Below, piece by piece: positions 18,660 to 29,463 of a stretch of 64,000 nt of DNA (position 1 is the stretch's first letter; each line of letters starts with the position of its first letter). Where the stretch lies: NCBI GenBank assembly GCA_963663225.1, contig OY760142.1, positions 352,001 through 416,000 of the forward strand, in the 5' to 3' direction. The position numbers and the translations under genes are program-made. This DNA comes from Nitrospirota bacterium. GTDB taxonomy: Bacteria; Nitrospirota; UBA9217. The notes beneath the pieces are model-generated. The model was given only the letters and a program-made list of their open reading frames with translations. It was not told where the DNA came from and did no database searches.

Positions 18660-19793
18660 ATGAACTTGAATCTGGGCATAAAATCCAAGACACTTCTGCC
18701 GCTCTTGGCGATCCTGCTGATTGCAATGACCGGTCTGGCAGTCTACAACTATTTTTCGCAGGTTGCTCTGCTAAACAAAGAAGCGGAAGATACTCTCAGG
18801 AGCACTCTCAACTCGACTCAAAATATGATCAATGAACGTTCAAAGCAATATGAACAGATGTCTATTCTGCTGGCGGAAATGCCGATGATCTCTGAAACGT
18901 TTGCCCGGGGTGACAGGAACAGGCTCATTGCCGAGCTGCAACCAGCGTATGAAAACCTCAAAAAGAATTTTCAGCTTAACCGTCTCCATTTTTACAAACC
19001 TACCGCCACTTCGTTTTTAAGACTGCATGATATTGCCAAATTCGGTGACGATGAATCGGCATACCGGCATGCGATTGTATACGTTAATACAAAGCTGGCA
19101 AGCACCCGGGGCGTGGAAATCGGGGCGCGCGGACTGGCCCTGCGAGGCATCCAGCCCGTATACTCCAAAGGCCACCATGTAGGGGCGGTAGAATTCGGCG
19201 GCGAACTCGCCCCGACAATCGACGAAGCAAAAAGTGTTTTCCGAATCGAAGCGGGGCTTCTGCTCTCGAAAGACGCTATGCTCCAGGTCCTTCCGGACTG
19301 GCAACAGCAGGATGCCACACTGGTCGCGAACCACTTGTTTTTCTACTCCACAAACCCTCAACTCACTCAAGGGCTGATAAAACCCGCTCTGTTCAAGACA
19401 AAAGCAAGTGCTGATGGTATGATTACCAATACCGGGTCCCATGCAGGAAGAACGTATTATATAGCCATGGGCCCTCTTGCTGATTTTTCGGGAAAGCAGA
19501 TCGGCTATCTTTATATTTTCAAGGACCAGACGGAACTGCTGGCCAAAATCCGCAGGGTTCTTTTCATCAACATCGCTGTATACTTCTCCATTCTTCTTCT
19601 TATTTCTTTTGCAATTGACTATAGTTTGAAGAAAACCGTCATCAATCCGGTGCTCAATCTCACGAAAGTTGCGGACGAGATATCCATGGGAAAACTGTCG
19701 GAAAAAGTAGAAGTATCTACAAATGACGAAATTTCAACACTGGCGAAAGCCATCGATCGTATGAGAGTCAGTATGAAAAAGTTGCTTGAATAA
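18660..19793 (+). CDS. Membrane sensor with Cache and HAMP domains and no output domain
   Basis: Two TMs; SFLRLH...KFGDD...GVEIG dCache-like region; terminal HAMP NDEISTLAKAIDRMR then a stop. Confidence 0.82.
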   Translation: MNLNLGIKSKTLLPLLAILLIAMTGLAVYNYFSQVALLNKEAEDTLRSTLNSTQNMINERSKQYEQMSILLAEMPMISETFARGDRNRLIAELQPAYENLKKNFQLNRLHFYKPTATSFLRLHDIAKFGDDESAYRHAIVYVNTKLASTRGVEIGARGLALRGIQPVYSKGHHVGAVEFGGELAPTIDEAKSVFRIEAGLLLSKDAMLQVLPDWQQQDATLVANHLFFYSTNPQLTQGLIKPALFKTKASADGMITNTGSHAGRTYYIAMGPLADFSGKQIGYLYIFKDQTELLAKIRRVLFINIAVYFSILLLISFAIDYSLKKTVINPVLNLTKVADEISMGKLSEKVEVSTNDEISTLAKAIDRMRVSMKKLLE

Positions 19794-19827
19794 CACATTA
19801 CCCGCGCATTTTATACTCGTAACAATA

Positions 19828-19864
19828 AAGCCCCTGGCACACAGTGCCAGGGGCTTATTTTTTT
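19828..19864 (+). terminator. Rho-independent terminator (probably bidirectional)
   Basis: AAGCCCCTGGCAC-ACA-GTGCCAGGGGCTT followed by a T-tract. Confidence 0.85.
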
Positions 19865-19887
19865 AACCTTAGCCAACGATTGCTATG

Positions 19888-20052
19888 CTATTTCTCGACG
19901 ACGTATTTCTCCGGTCGGGGTAAAACCGCCGCCTTGCTTGCGGATTCGGTCATCCGGGAGAACGACTCATAGCCCAGAAATTCCACTTCTTCTTCCGGCG
20001 GTTTTTTTCGATGAAATAGCAAGTTCATGATAGAACACATAAATTGTTTCAT
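19888..20052 (-). CDS. Putative 54-aa small protein (MKQFMCSIMNLLFHRKKPPEEEVEFLGYESF...)
   Basis: GGAGGGGG RBS 7 nt before the ATG at 20052; ends just before the bidirectional terminator. Confidence 0.4.
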   Translation of the reverse strand: MKQFMCSIMNLLFHRKKPPEEEVEFLGYESFSRMTESASKAAVLPRPEKYVVEK

Positions 20053-20054
20053 AC

Positions 20055-20097
20055 TGGAGCCCCCTCCGCCAGGAGCCGGAGGCTCCTTCCATAAACG
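20055..20097. repeat. Copy A of a ~43-nt hairpin element
   Basis: TGGAGCCCCCTCCGCCAGGAGCCGGAGGCTCCTTCCATAAACG; 35/43 identical to 24643-24684 by manual alignment. Confidence 0.6.
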
Positions 20098-20185
20098 CGA
20101 CTTACTGCATTCTTTCCCCGGCAGGGGCCGGGGATACCATGTCGCAGGGATTAAAACACCTGATTGTAGCCCATCCTTTAAAAAA

Positions 20186-20734
20186 TCATTTGAGCCGGAA
20201 ACTGATAACAATCGGAATACCGTTAAATGACCGGCCCCGGATAGGAGGACCTTCTGTATTCCACCCCTGATAAACCCGCCTGTTGTCTTCAATATTCTGC
20301 CGTTCTGAAGCGAGGACAGAGTCAATAAAAATCTGTTTCCAGGGATCACGTAGCGTATCAGCAATCAAATAAGACAACCCCACCCCGATAATGCCGAACA
20401 GAGCCATGCTGTTTCTGCTCGGTCTTGAACCGAACAGAGGGTTCAGTTCTCGATACTTTTCAGATCCGTAAAACATGGCAACACTTTGCACATAGTCTAT
20501 AACGGCAAAAGATGCCAGAGCGGCCACTTCTTGTTTTACTATTTTTTCTCTCGTTATATCATACCGTTGTGTTGAAAGCTCCTTGAAATTGTTTCTTTCA
20601 ACTGACACAGTATAAGGCAGAACTGTCAATTCTCCTGCCACAGTTCGTTCAGCTGCCGACATAACGCGTGGAGAGGAAAAAACCACTGTCAGCAAAAACA
20701 CTGCTGCTACTCCCGTTTTTCCTAATACTTTCAT
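20186..20734 (-). CDS. Hypothetical exported/membrane protein
   Basis: Signal peptide, ELNPLFG..PS motif and AAGGAA RBS. Confidence 0.7.
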   Translation of the reverse strand: MKVLGKTGVAAVFLLTVVFSSPRVMSAAERTVAGELTVLPYTVSVERNNFKELSTQRYDITREKIVKQEVAALASFAVIDYVQSVAMFYGSEKYRELNPLFGSRPSRNSMALFGIIGVGLSYLIADTLRDPWKQIFIDSVLASERQNIEDNRRVYQGWNTEGPPIRGRSFNGIPIVISFRLK

Positions 20735-20812
20735 GGCATTCCTTTATCTGCAGTCAATACAGACCCAGCGCACAACTCGCACAAAGCTTTATTGTATGCC
20801 TGTCAGTTTTAC

Positions 20813-20840
20813 TTGTCGGCATTTCGCAGTCAGTTCTTTA
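20813..20840 (-). promoter_or_regulatory. Possible sigma28 promoter
   Basis: TAAAGAAC-N12-GCCGACAA on the minus strand (spacer 1 nt longer than consensus). Confidence 0.4.
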
Positions 20841-21048
20841 GGTGATTTACACTGATATTTTAAAAGTTACTCTGCAGGAGGAAAAAGGAAAGCAGGACTG
20901 TTATTGCCATGGAGGACAATCAAAAAAGCTATTTAAAAACAGGTGATAAGAAGCGCTCATTTCAATATTTTTTACGTGTATCATTGCCGTACTGCCGCCG
21001 TTTTACAAAATGGCGATTGCAGCGGTACATTGCAGACCAGGGAGATTA

Positions 21049-21687
21049 CTATGGTCTGCCGGAGGCGGTACTTTGCGTTTTGATGACTTCCGCAATTTCA
21101 CGGGAAAATGCTTCTACTGTCCTGCTCATAGCAGCAACCAATTCATTGTACTCCGCGCTCCGGAGCGATTCTGCAGCAACGGATCTGCGGATCAGAATCG
21201 TTCCCTTTCCCGCATCGGTCAATGTCCAGGCAGATTCCAAACAGGCACGCTCACGAGGAGTGGCGTCAAATCTCATCACGTCAACCGTAAGGCGGTATGT
21301 TATTGATGCATTGCCATGCATCCCCGGTGCCCAACGAACAACGGTAAAACGTTCGGACGGCAGCAGAGAAGAAAGATTTTCAATAACAGCGTGAGAAAGA
21401 ATGCTTTCCAAAGAGCCGGCCCAACGATGAAACTCATTTACCGTAAGCTCATTCTGACCCGAACGGGTCACGATCTCCGGTTTATCCAGATAGTCCGGAA
21501 TGAGAACGGGACCGACGGCGACAATGATATCGGCAGAGGCTGAGGCAGTCTGCATCGCCGCCGGCGCTTCTTTCAGAACGTTCAGTGTGTAGAATCGGGA
21601 CGGGGAGGAACTGGCGCATCCGGACAACAGTGCAATAAGAACCATTACAAGGAGCAACGCACATCGATCTGTAAAAATCCGTTTCAT
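21049..21687 (-). CDS. PqiC-family auxiliary lipoprotein
   Basis: Lipobox LSGC, SRFYTL, PDYLDKPEIVTR and HRWA; GGAG RBS before the ATG at 21687. Confidence 0.9.
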   Translation of the reverse strand: MKRIFTDRCALLLVMVLIALLSGCASSSPSRFYTLNVLKEAPAAMQTASASADIIVAVGPVLIPDYLDKPEIVTRSGQNELTVNEFHRWAGSLESILSHAVIENLSSLLPSERFTVVRWAPGMHGNASITYRLTVDVMRFDATPRERACLESAWTLTDAGKGTILIRRSVAAESLRSAEYNELVAAMSRTVEAFSREIAEVIKTQSTASGRP

Positions 21688-21688
21688 T

Positions 21689-22483
21689 TTATTCTCCCTT
21701 TGCCGATGGTTTGCCTTTGATGATGGATTCGGGATGGCGCTCCAAATAGTCAGCCAGAGAGCGGAGAGAACGGGACATCCGCGAAACATCTTCAAGGGTC
21801 TTGTTCGTCTGGGGACCAAGGCCGTCATACTGCACGAGGATCCTGTCGGCGTTCTTGAGCAAGCGATCCAGCGAATCCATGCTCGCGTGCAGTTTTGGAG
21901 AATTTGCGATTCTTTCAATGCCGTCAAGTGTGGCGTTTAATTTGTCAAGAATTTCCTTCAACGGAAGCGATCCGAGCCGTCTGGTCCAATCCTGCAGGTC
22001 CGTCGGAATCGTCGGAATTTCCGGATAGGCTCCATCCTCTGCGCCTACAAGCCTGATCGGCTTTTCCGGCCAGAAATCAAGATAGACCATAAGCTGACCC
22101 GTCACAAAACTCTGGATTTGAAGCTGGGCCCGCAACCCTTTTTCGATCAGCGGTTGAATGTATTCGTCTCTGCTTTTTGGCAAGGTGCTATTGATCACCT
22201 TGATTGTTGCGGGATCTATTTCTATATAGATGGGAATAAAAACAGACAGGTCCTTCGCATCAAGCTGGAGAGCAATGTCCGTCACCTGCCCGACTTTAAC
22301 CCCTTCGAACATGACGGGGGCGCCTACCTGGAGCCCTTTGACCGATCCTTCGAAAAACAGCACGAATTTAGTCGTGTGCTTGAAAAATCTTCCCGAACCA
22401 AACGCCAGGACAGCCGCAATAACGAGTACGATGGCTATCAAAACAAAAATACCGATGAGCGTTTTATTTGCCTGTTTCCCCAT
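21689..22483 (-). CDS. MCE/MlaD family protein
   Basis: FEGSVKGLQVGAPVMFEGVKVGQV and LADYLERHPESII.GK. Confidence 0.92.
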   Translation of the reverse strand: MGKQANKTLIGIFVLIAIVLVIAAVLAFGSGRFFKHTTKFVLFFEGSVKGLQVGAPVMFEGVKVGQVTDIALQLDAKDLSVFIPIYIEIDPATIKVINSTLPKSRDEYIQPLIEKGLRAQLQIQSFVTGQLMVYLDFWPEKPIRLVGAEDGAYPEIPTIPTDLQDWTRRLGSLPLKEILDKLNATLDGIERIANSPKLHASMDSLDRLLKNADRILVQYDGLGPQTNKTLEDVSRMSRSLRSLADYLERHPESIIKGKPSAKGE

Positions 22484-22509
22484 TGTTCTTCCCCTCCACC
22501 CTCTCTGTT

Positions 22510-23298
22510 TCACCCTTTCCGCACGCCCGTTCCCCGCGTGAGAAAATTGATCACTTTGGGGTCCTTGGATTCAGTCAGAAGCTGCTTCGGGTTACCCGCT
22601 GCAATCATGGTTTTTGCATCAGCATCAAGCAAAATGGAGTTGTTTCCAACCTCAAAAATGCTGGCTAATTCATGGGTGACAATGACTATCGTTGCACCAA
22701 GACTCTCGCGGAGCTCAAGGATAAGCTTGTCGAGCAGATGCGCATTGATCGGATCAAGTCCTGATGACGGTTCGTCAAAAAACAATATTTCCGGATCCAG
22801 TGCAATCGCGCGCGCAAGACCGGCGCGCTTTCGCATACCGCCGCTGATCTCCGAGGGATACAGCTCCTCGCACCCCTTCAGTCCGACAAGTGAAAGCTTC
22901 AAAGAAACAAGTTCCCTTATTTGCTCCGGGCCCAGGTCCGTGTACAGTTGGAGCGGGAGGGCGATGTTTTCTCCGACCGTCATTGAACTCCAGAGCGCCC
23001 CACTCTGATAGAGAATGCCGAAGGATTTCATGATGCGTTCCTGCTCGTGGTGTTCGGCATCCCAAAAGCTTATGTCACGATACCGGACGGTTCCGTGCGC
23101 GGGACGTTTCAGGCCTATGAGATGCCTCAGCAGTGTGCTTTTTCCGCTGCCGCTTCCTCCCATGATGATAAAGATATCACCCAGATTTACGGTAAAGGTA
23201 AGATCGCTCTGGATCAGGACTTCTCCATACGACAAGGTAAGGTCCTGAACAATAATATGCGGTTCTTTTTTCTCCATCTTTGCTCTCGCTGCCGCCAA
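22510..23298 (-). CDS. MlaF-type ABC ATPase
   Basis: GGSGSGKST, ISGGMRKRAGLARA and FFDEPSSGLDP. Confidence 0.94.
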   Translation of the reverse strand: MAAARAKMEKKEPHIIVQDLTLSYGEVLIQSDLTFTVNLGDIFIIMGGSGSGKSTLLRHLIGLKRPAHGTVRYRDISFWDAEHHEQERIMKSFGILYQSGALWSSMTVGENIALPLQLYTDLGPEQIRELVSLKLSLVGLKGCEELYPSEISGGMRKRAGLARAIALDPEILFFDEPSSGLDPINAHLLDKLILELRESLGATIVIVTHELASIFEVGNNSILLDADAKTMIAAGNPKQLLTESKDPKVINFLTRGTGVRKG

Positions 23299-23340
23299 AA
23301 ACGACCAGGGAACGTTTTTAAAAACGAAATTATGCTTGGA

Positions 23341-24471
23341 TTAAATATGCAGCACGTTACAGATGAACGTTATGATTGCCGTTGCCACCACAATGCCGAC
23401 AATGCTCGTGACCACCGCGGAGGTTGTCGCTTCACCGACCGCAGACGCGCTCCTGCCGCACTGCATCCCCCGGAGGCAGCTCGCAAGCGCTACAAGAACG
23501 CCGAAGACCGCAGCAGTAAACAACCCTATCCAGACATCCTTCAGATGCACGGCCTCCCGTGTCTTGTTGAAATACTCCATAAAGTTGAGATCGAGCATGG
23601 TTACGCCCACAAAGAGCCCCCCCAGAATGCCCATAAGGTCCGCGTAAAGGCTCAAGAGCGGCATCATAAGCGAAAGTGCAAGCATGCGGGGCAGCACCAG
23701 AAACTCCGTGGGTGAAATACCGAGAGTCCGCAATGCATCAATTTCCTCATTCAACTGCATGGTGCCGAGTTGGGCCGCAAAGGACGCCCCGGTGCGGCCG
23801 GCCATGATAATGCCTGTCATGACCGCAGCAAGGGCGCGGACCATGCCGATGCCTACAAGACTCGCAACGTAAATCTGGGCGCCGAAAATTTTCAGTTGGA
23901 TCGCACCAATAAAGGCAAGAATAAGACCGACAAGAAAACTTATGAGGGAAACGATGGGAAGAGCCTGTGCGCCGCATTCCTCCATGGTAAGGAAGAGATC
24001 CGTTTTGCGGAACCTTGCCTTGCCAATAAGAAACCTCCACACAGCCAGGCAGGTTTCTCCAATAAACGTCGTGATCGCTGAATGCGCCCGGCCGAAGGAA
24101 ACCGCGGCATCTCCCAATTGCTCAAGAATGGAGGCTTTTGCATCTTCCTCTCTATCGTTTTTCCATTCAGGAGCCGCTGATGCAAGCGAGAGAAGACGCT
24201 GTGCGCCCGGGGGAAGGCCCTCGTTGTTCACTGTTATATTGTTTGCCGTACAGAAATCCGTTATCTTGACCAGAAATGTTAAAAGACTGCTGTCCCAACC
24301 AGTCAATTCTTTTGAATCAAACACCACTTTGCTGATGTGAGAGGATCCCTGCACAGCATCTTTCACTTCTCCGGCAGCAGGAATCATGACGTGGTTTCTT
24401 TTCCACTCTCCGCTTAAATGGATTTGCAGGACATCATCAGTGGCATATGTTACACGTACCTGAGGTTGCAT
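23341..24471 (-). CDS. MlaE-type permease with N-terminal STAS-like domain
   Basis: AGRTGASFAAQLGTMQLNEEIDAL and VGEATTSAVV. Confidence 0.93.
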   Translation of the reverse strand: MQPQVRVTYATDDVLQIHLSGEWKRNHVMIPAAGEVKDAVQGSSHISKVVFDSKELTGWDSSLLTFLVKITDFCTANNITVNNEGLPPGAQRLLSLASAAPEWKNDREEDAKASILEQLGDAAVSFGRAHSAITTFIGETCLAVWRFLIGKARFRKTDLFLTMEECGAQALPIVSLISFLVGLILAFIGAIQLKIFGAQIYVASLVGIGMVRALAAVMTGIIMAGRTGASFAAQLGTMQLNEEIDALRTLGISPTEFLVLPRMLALSLMMPLLSLYADLMGILGGLFVGVTMLDLNFMEYFNKTREAVHLKDVWIGLFTAAVFGVLVALASCLRGMQCGRSASAVGEATTSAVVTSIVGIVVATAIITFICNVLHI

Positions 24472-24642
24472 AGGGCCCCATCTCTATCCGGTCAAAGCTG
24501 AGGTCTTACAAATCCACCGGGTGTTCACTGGACAAGCTGAAAACAGCGAGTCAGCACTCATCAGTATATAATTATACCTATTTCTAATCAAGAATTTTAG
24601 GAAACTGTGCGTCCGTTACGATGACTAACTTGCTGCAACGGG

Positions 24643-24684
24643 TGGAGCCCCTCCGGCAGGAACCGGAGGAACCCCCGATAAACG
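24643..24684. repeat. Copy B of the ~43-nt hairpin element
   Basis: TGGAGCCCCTCCGGCAGGAACCGGAGGAACCCCCGATAAACG. Confidence 0.6.
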
Positions 24685-24854
24685 TAACATCACCAGTCTT
24701 GACAAGTGCGATAGCGCGAGTGCCGGGCACGTCTTATTGCATTTTTAACCCGATGGGCGTCGGGGGATTCAATGCCGCAGGAATTGATCTGGTGCCCAAA
24801 AAAAACGTCAGAAATTGTATCTCTTGGCCGGAACATCATAGCATCGCCGCCGTC

Positions 24855-26270
24855 TTATTCTCCTCCGCCGAGCACTTTATAGAGCGTCACCATCGAGCTA
24901 AAACGTGCCAACCGGACGGTAATCAAGTCCTGCTGCGCGCTGTAGAGCGAGCGCTGCGCATCAAGAAGGGTCAGGTAGCTGTCAATCCCGTGTTTGTAAC
25001 GCGCATCGGAAAGGAAATAACTTCTGGCAGTGGCATCCACAAGGGACTGCTGTGCAGCCAACTGGTCCCCCACCGTTCCCTTCTGGGCAAGGGCATCGGC
25101 CACTTCCTTAAAGGCCGTCTGAATCGCCTTTTCATACTGGGCCAGATAAATATCGCGGTCTGCCTTTGCGGCTTTCAAATTGGCAATATTGGTGCCAGCG
25201 TCGAAAATCGGAAGAACAACTTGAGGGGCGAAGGTCCACGCAGCAGAACCCGGTTTGAAAAGTCCGGACAGCTGGTCGCTCGTAGTCCCGATCGTAGTGG
25301 ATAATGAAATGCGCGGAAAGAAGGCAGCCCGTGCCGCACCGATGTTGGCATTAGCGGCTTTCAGCTGATTTTCCGCCTGCAGAATGTCGGGACGGCGCTG
25401 CAGCACCTCGGACGGCAGGCCGATACTGATATCTTGCAGCGTCGAGATCGAGTCCAACTCCCCGGGCAGCAGTTCTGCAGGAATCGGCGTCCCCACTAAA
25501 AGTGTCAGCGCATTCTCGTCCTGCGCCACCTGCCGTATGTAGCGTGCAATGTCCACGCGGGCAGCCTCTACCCTGGTCTGCGCCTGCCGCAAATCCAGTT
25601 CTGAGGACAAACCTGCTGCATGTCTCCGCTGAATCATATTGTACGTGGCCAGTTGGGCATCAAGCGTGTTCTGAGAGAGCTTCAGATGCTCCCGGTCCGA
25701 GGCAAATGTAAGGTATGTGTTCGCAACCTCGGCTACCAAGGATATCTGTGCGCTCCGGCGGGCCTGTTCAGTGGCAAAATACTGCTCAAGAGCACGGTCT
25801 TTAAGGCTTCTGATCCGGCCGAAGAGGTCCAACTCATAGGAACTGAACCCCAAGTTGGCGCTCCATTGCCGGCTGATATAGATGTCTCCCGTGCCTGAAA
25901 CGCTTGCAGGCAATCGCTGCTCGCTTCCCATGCCGGTGGCATTTATTGTCGGGAAAAGTGCTGCGCGCTGGATCTGGTACTGCGCCCGCGTCTTTTCGAT
26001 GTTGAGCGCTGCAATCCTGAAATCACGGTTATTTGCCAGTGCCAGTTCGATAACCTTTCTCAGCTGATCACTCGCAAAGAAATCCTGCCATTTGATGTCA
26101 AAAGCGGCCGGGGTAGGCTGCGTGGTCGTCGGTTTGGTGTCCAGGTAGGCGGTACCGGTCGGCCAGGAAGCGGGAACAGGCGCTTCCGGCCGGGTGTATT
26201 TCGGCGCCATGGTGCAGCCGGTCAGAGCAATGACAATTCCAGCCGTTATCATAAATAGATTCTTTTTCAT
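24855..26270 (-). CDS. RND outer membrane factor lipoprotein (OprM/NodT family)
   Basis: Lipobox [21 protein letters not shown] and LYKVLGGG. Confidence 0.95.
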   Translation of the reverse strand: MKKNLFMITAGIVIALTGCTMAPKYTRPEAPVPASWPTGTAYLDTKPTTTQPTPAAFDIKWQDFFASDQLRKVIELALANNRDFRIAALNIEKTRAQYQIQRAALFPTINATGMGSEQRLPASVSGTGDIYISRQWSANLGFSSYELDLFGRIRSLKDRALEQYFATEQARRSAQISLVAEVANTYLTFASDREHLKLSQNTLDAQLATYNMIQRRHAAGLSSELDLRQAQTRVEAARVDIARYIRQVAQDENALTLLVGTPIPAELLPGELDSISTLQDISIGLPSEVLQRRPDILQAENQLKAANANIGAARAAFFPRISLSTTIGTTSDQLSGLFKPGSAAWTFAPQVVLPIFDAGTNIANLKAAKADRDIYLAQYEKAIQTAFKEVADALAQKGTVGDQLAAQQSLVDATARSYFLSDARYKHGIDSYLTLLDAQRSLYSAQQDLITVRLARFSSMVTLYKVLGGGE

Positions 26271-26274
26271 AATC

Positions 26275-29200
26275 TCAATGCTCCCCTGATGGTTTTATAT
26301 CAGTAGTCTCGGCAGCTTCCTGTTTTTTCTGTCTGCCGAAGTTCTTTTGAATCAGCACATAAAAAAGCGGCGCAAATATGGTCACCAGGAAGGTCGAGGT
26401 GACCACTCCCCCCAGCACTGCGGTGCCGATGGCCTGCTGGGCGCCTGCTCCGGCTCCGGTCGCAAATGCCAGCGGCATGACCCCGAATCCAAAGGCCAGT
26501 GAGGTCATGACGATAGGCCGCATTCTCAGTTTGGCTGCTTCCAGCGTAGCATCGATCAGGCTCATCCCTTCTTCCACCCGTGCCTTTGCAAACTGCACAA
26601 TCAGGATGGCGTTCTTCGTGGTCAGGCCGAGCGTTGTCAATAACCCGATCTGAAAATAGACATCATTCGGCAATCCCCGGATGGACGATCCGATCACGCC
26701 GCCGATGACTCCCAGCGGAAGAGCAAGCAAAATTGAAACCGGGATCGGCCAGCTTTCGTACAAAGCTGCTAGACACAGGAAAATAACCAGAATCGAAAAA
26801 ACATACAATGGCGCTGCGTGAGATCCTGCCTGACGCTCCTGGTAGGAAAGTCCGCTCCAATCAAAACCAATCCCTTGCGGCAGCTTCTTCACGAAGCCTT
26901 CCATGGCCTGCATGGCCTCTCCGGAACTCCTCCCCGGTGCCGCCTCACCAAGAATGTTCAGGGATGGAAAACCGTTGAAACGTTCCAGCTTCGGAGATCC
27001 GGACGTCCAGTGGCCGGATGCAAAGGAAGAAAAGGGTGCCATTTTGCCGGCGTCGTTTCGCACACGGAGTCTTGAAAGATCACTGGGTAGCATGCGATAG
27101 GGTGCGTCTGCCTGGACATACACTCTTTTTACCCGTCCAGCCTGAATAAAGTCATTAACATACGCGCTGCCGAAAGCCGCGGAAATCGTATTATGGATCG
27201 TGGTGATGGGCACCCCCAGAGCTCCAGCCCTTTCCCAATCCACGTCAACCCGATACTCAGGCACGTCTTCCAAACCGTTGGGTCGGACTTTTGTCATTGC
27301 CGGGTCTTTTGCAGCCATGCCAAGGAGTTGATTCCGGGCTCCCATCAACTTCTCATGCCCCAGACCGCCCCGGTCCAACAACTGGAAATCAAATCCTTTG
27401 GCCTGGCCGAGTTCCACGACAGCCGGCGGCGCAAAGGCAAATACCATGGCGTTTCGGATCTTGGAAAATGCCCCCATAGCTCTTCCTGCCACAGCCGTAA
27501 CCTTCAGGTTAGACCGGTTCCTAAGCTTCCAGTCTTTGAGCTTGACAAATGCCAGGCCGGAATTCTGTCCTCTGCCGGAAAAGGCTACGCCCGAAACAGT
27601 CATTATTGCTTCTACCGCATCTTTCTCCTGCTCCAGAAAATAATTTTTGACTGACTCCATAACCTTGTCGGTCTGTTCCAAGGTCGAGTTCGCAGGAAGC
27701 ATGGCTTGCACCATCAATATCCCCTGGTCTTCGTCCGGGAGATATGCTGTCGGCATTCTCATAAAAAGAAAACCCATCACAACAACAATCAGCAGAAATA
27801 TCACCACGTAACGAAGCTTCTTGGAAAGACTCCGGCCCACCAGCACAAGGTAGTAGTCCCTGGCCCGGAAAAAAATTCGATCAAACCACCGAAAAAACGG
27901 ACGCAGGAACCACACCCCGCCCTCTGCCGGCTCATGCCCCTTCGGTACAGGTTTGAGAAAGGACGCGCAGAGGACCGGGGTCAGAATCAACGCCACCACC
28001 ACTGACAGCAGCATGGAAGCGATAATGGTAACTGAAAACTGTCTGTATATAACTCCGGTTGAACCGCTGAAGAACGCCATGGGACCGAAGACCGCTGAAA
28101 GGACCAGGCCAATACCGATCAACGCGCTGGTGATCTGGTCCATTGACTTGCGGGTGGCCTCAAAGGGTGAAATGCCTTCTTCGCTCATGATGCGTTCCAC
28201 ATTCTCGACCACCACAATGGCGTCGTCCACAAGAAGGCCGATGGCCAGCACCATGGCGAACATGGTGAGCATGTTGATGGAGAAACCGAAAAGTCCCAGC
28301 ACCGCAAACGTACCAAGAATCACCACCGGCACCGCGATGGTCGGAATCAGAGTGGCCCGCATATTTCCCATGAACAGGTACATGACCAGAAAGACCAGTA
28401 TGATAGCCTCAAACAACGTCTTAAATACTTCGTTGATGGCCACCCGAATAAACGGAGTGGTGTCATAGGGATAAACGACCTTCATACCGGTTGGAAAAAA
28501 ATGACTCATTTCTTCTAATTTTGCCCTGATATTGTCTGCCGTCTGGAGTGCATTGGCACCGGCCGCCTGCCTGATGGCCAATGCGGCAGAAGGCTTGCCG
28601 TTGAAGGTAGCCTGTATATCATAGACTTCCGTTCCGAGTTCTGTACGTCCCACATCCTTGACCCGCACAACAGATCCATCGGGATTGGTACGCAGAGGAA
28701 TTGCGGCAAATTCCGTCGGCGTCTTGAGCATACTTTGAACAACAATAGCCGCATTCAGGCGCTGGCCTTTTACTGCCGGCGCTCCACCGAATTGGCCTGC
28801 GGATATTTCCACGTTGTAAGACTTCAGTGCGGTAATCACATCCTGGACCGTCATCTGATAATTCGTCAGCTTGTCGGGGTTCAGCCATATCCGCATGGCA
28901 TACTGGCTGCCGAATATCTCGACTTCACCCACTCCCGGTACCCGCGAAAGAACCTTCTCCAGGTTGGACTGGGCATAATCGCGTAAATCATTTCCATCCA
29001 TGCTTCCATCTTGTGAAATCAGGCCCACAACCATCAAGTAATTCCGGGTGGACTTGCTCACCTTGACACCCTGGCTCTGCACAACCGCCGGCAGGCTCGC
29101 CATGGCAAGCTGGAGCTTGTTCTGCACCTGGGCCCAGGCAAGGTCCGGGTCCGTTCCCGGAGCAAAGGTAAGCTCGATGCGGGACTGGCCCGCAGAATCA

Positions 29201-29448
29201 CTGGTCGCCGACAGATACAGCATCCTGTCAAAACCGGTCATCTTCTGTTCGATAATCTGCGTCACGCTGTTTTCAACCGTCTCGGCAGATGCCCCAGGAT
29301 AAAAAGCAGTAATAGCAATGGACGGAGGAGCGATAGGAGGATACTGAGATATAGGTAGGTTGAAGATCGCCAGCAGGCCCGCCACCATCAGGATGATGGC
29401 AATAACCCAGGCAAAAACCGGGCGATTGAGAAAAAATCTCGATAACAT
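26275..29448 (-). CDS. RND efflux permease (AcrB/MexB family)
   Basis: [25 protein letters not shown] and [12 protein letters not shown]; 1057 aa. Confidence 0.97.
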   Translation of the reverse strand: MLSRFFLNRPVFAWVIAIILMVAGLLAIFNLPISQYPPIAPPSIAITAFYPGASAETVENSVTQIIEQKMTGFDRMLYLSATSDSAGQSRIELTFAPGTDPDLAWAQVQNKLQLAMASLPAVVQSQGVKVSKSTRNYLMVVGLISQDGSMDGNDLRDYAQSNLEKVLSRVPGVGEVEIFGSQYAMRIWLNPDKLTNYQMTVQDVITALKSYNVEISAGQFGGAPAVKGQRLNAAIVVQSMLKTPTEFAAIPLRTNPDGSVVRVKDVGRTELGTEVYDIQATFNGKPSAALAIRQAAGANALQTADNIRAKLEEMSHFFPTGMKVVYPYDTTPFIRVAINEVFKTLFEAIILVFLVMYLFMGNMRATLIPTIAVPVVILGTFAVLGLFGFSINMLTMFAMVLAIGLLVDDAIVVVENVERIMSEEGISPFEATRKSMDQITSALIGIGLVLSAVFGPMAFFSGSTGVIYRQFSVTIIASMLLSVVVALILTPVLCASFLKPVPKGHEPAEGGVWFLRPFFRWFDRIFFRARDYYLVLVGRSLSKKLRYVVIFLLIVVVMGFLFMRMPTAYLPDEDQGILMVQAMLPANSTLEQTDKVMESVKNYFLEQEKDAVEAIMTVSGVAFSGRGQNSGLAFVKLKDWKLRNRSNLKVTAVAGRAMGAFSKIRNAMVFAFAPPAVVELGQAKGFDFQLLDRGGLGHEKLMGARNQLLGMAAKDPAMTKVRPNGLEDVPEYRVDVDWERAGALGVPITTIHNTISAAFGSAYVNDFIQAGRVKRVYVQADAPYRMLPSDLSRLRVRNDAGKMAPFSSFASGHWTSGSPKLERFNGFPSLNILGEAAPGRSSGEAMQAMEGFVKKLPQGIGFDWSGLSYQERQAGSHAAPLYVFSILVIFLCLAALYESWPIPVSILLALPLGVIGGVIGSSIRGLPNDVYFQIGLLTTLGLTTKNAILIVQFAKARVEEGMSLIDATLEAAKLRMRPIVMTSLAFGFGVMPLAFATGAGAGAQQAIGTAVLGGVVTSTFLVTIFAPLFYVLIQKNFGRQKKQEAAETTDIKPSGEH

Positions 29449-29463
29449 GATGATACCTCTTCG

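Noticed and set aside
20055-24684. Repeat element as a fluoride, c-di-AMP, c-di-GMP or cobalamin riboswitch, or a CRISPR repeat
   Set aside because: Only fragments resemble those motifs and the required downstream elements are missing; two copies 4.5 kb apart are not an array.
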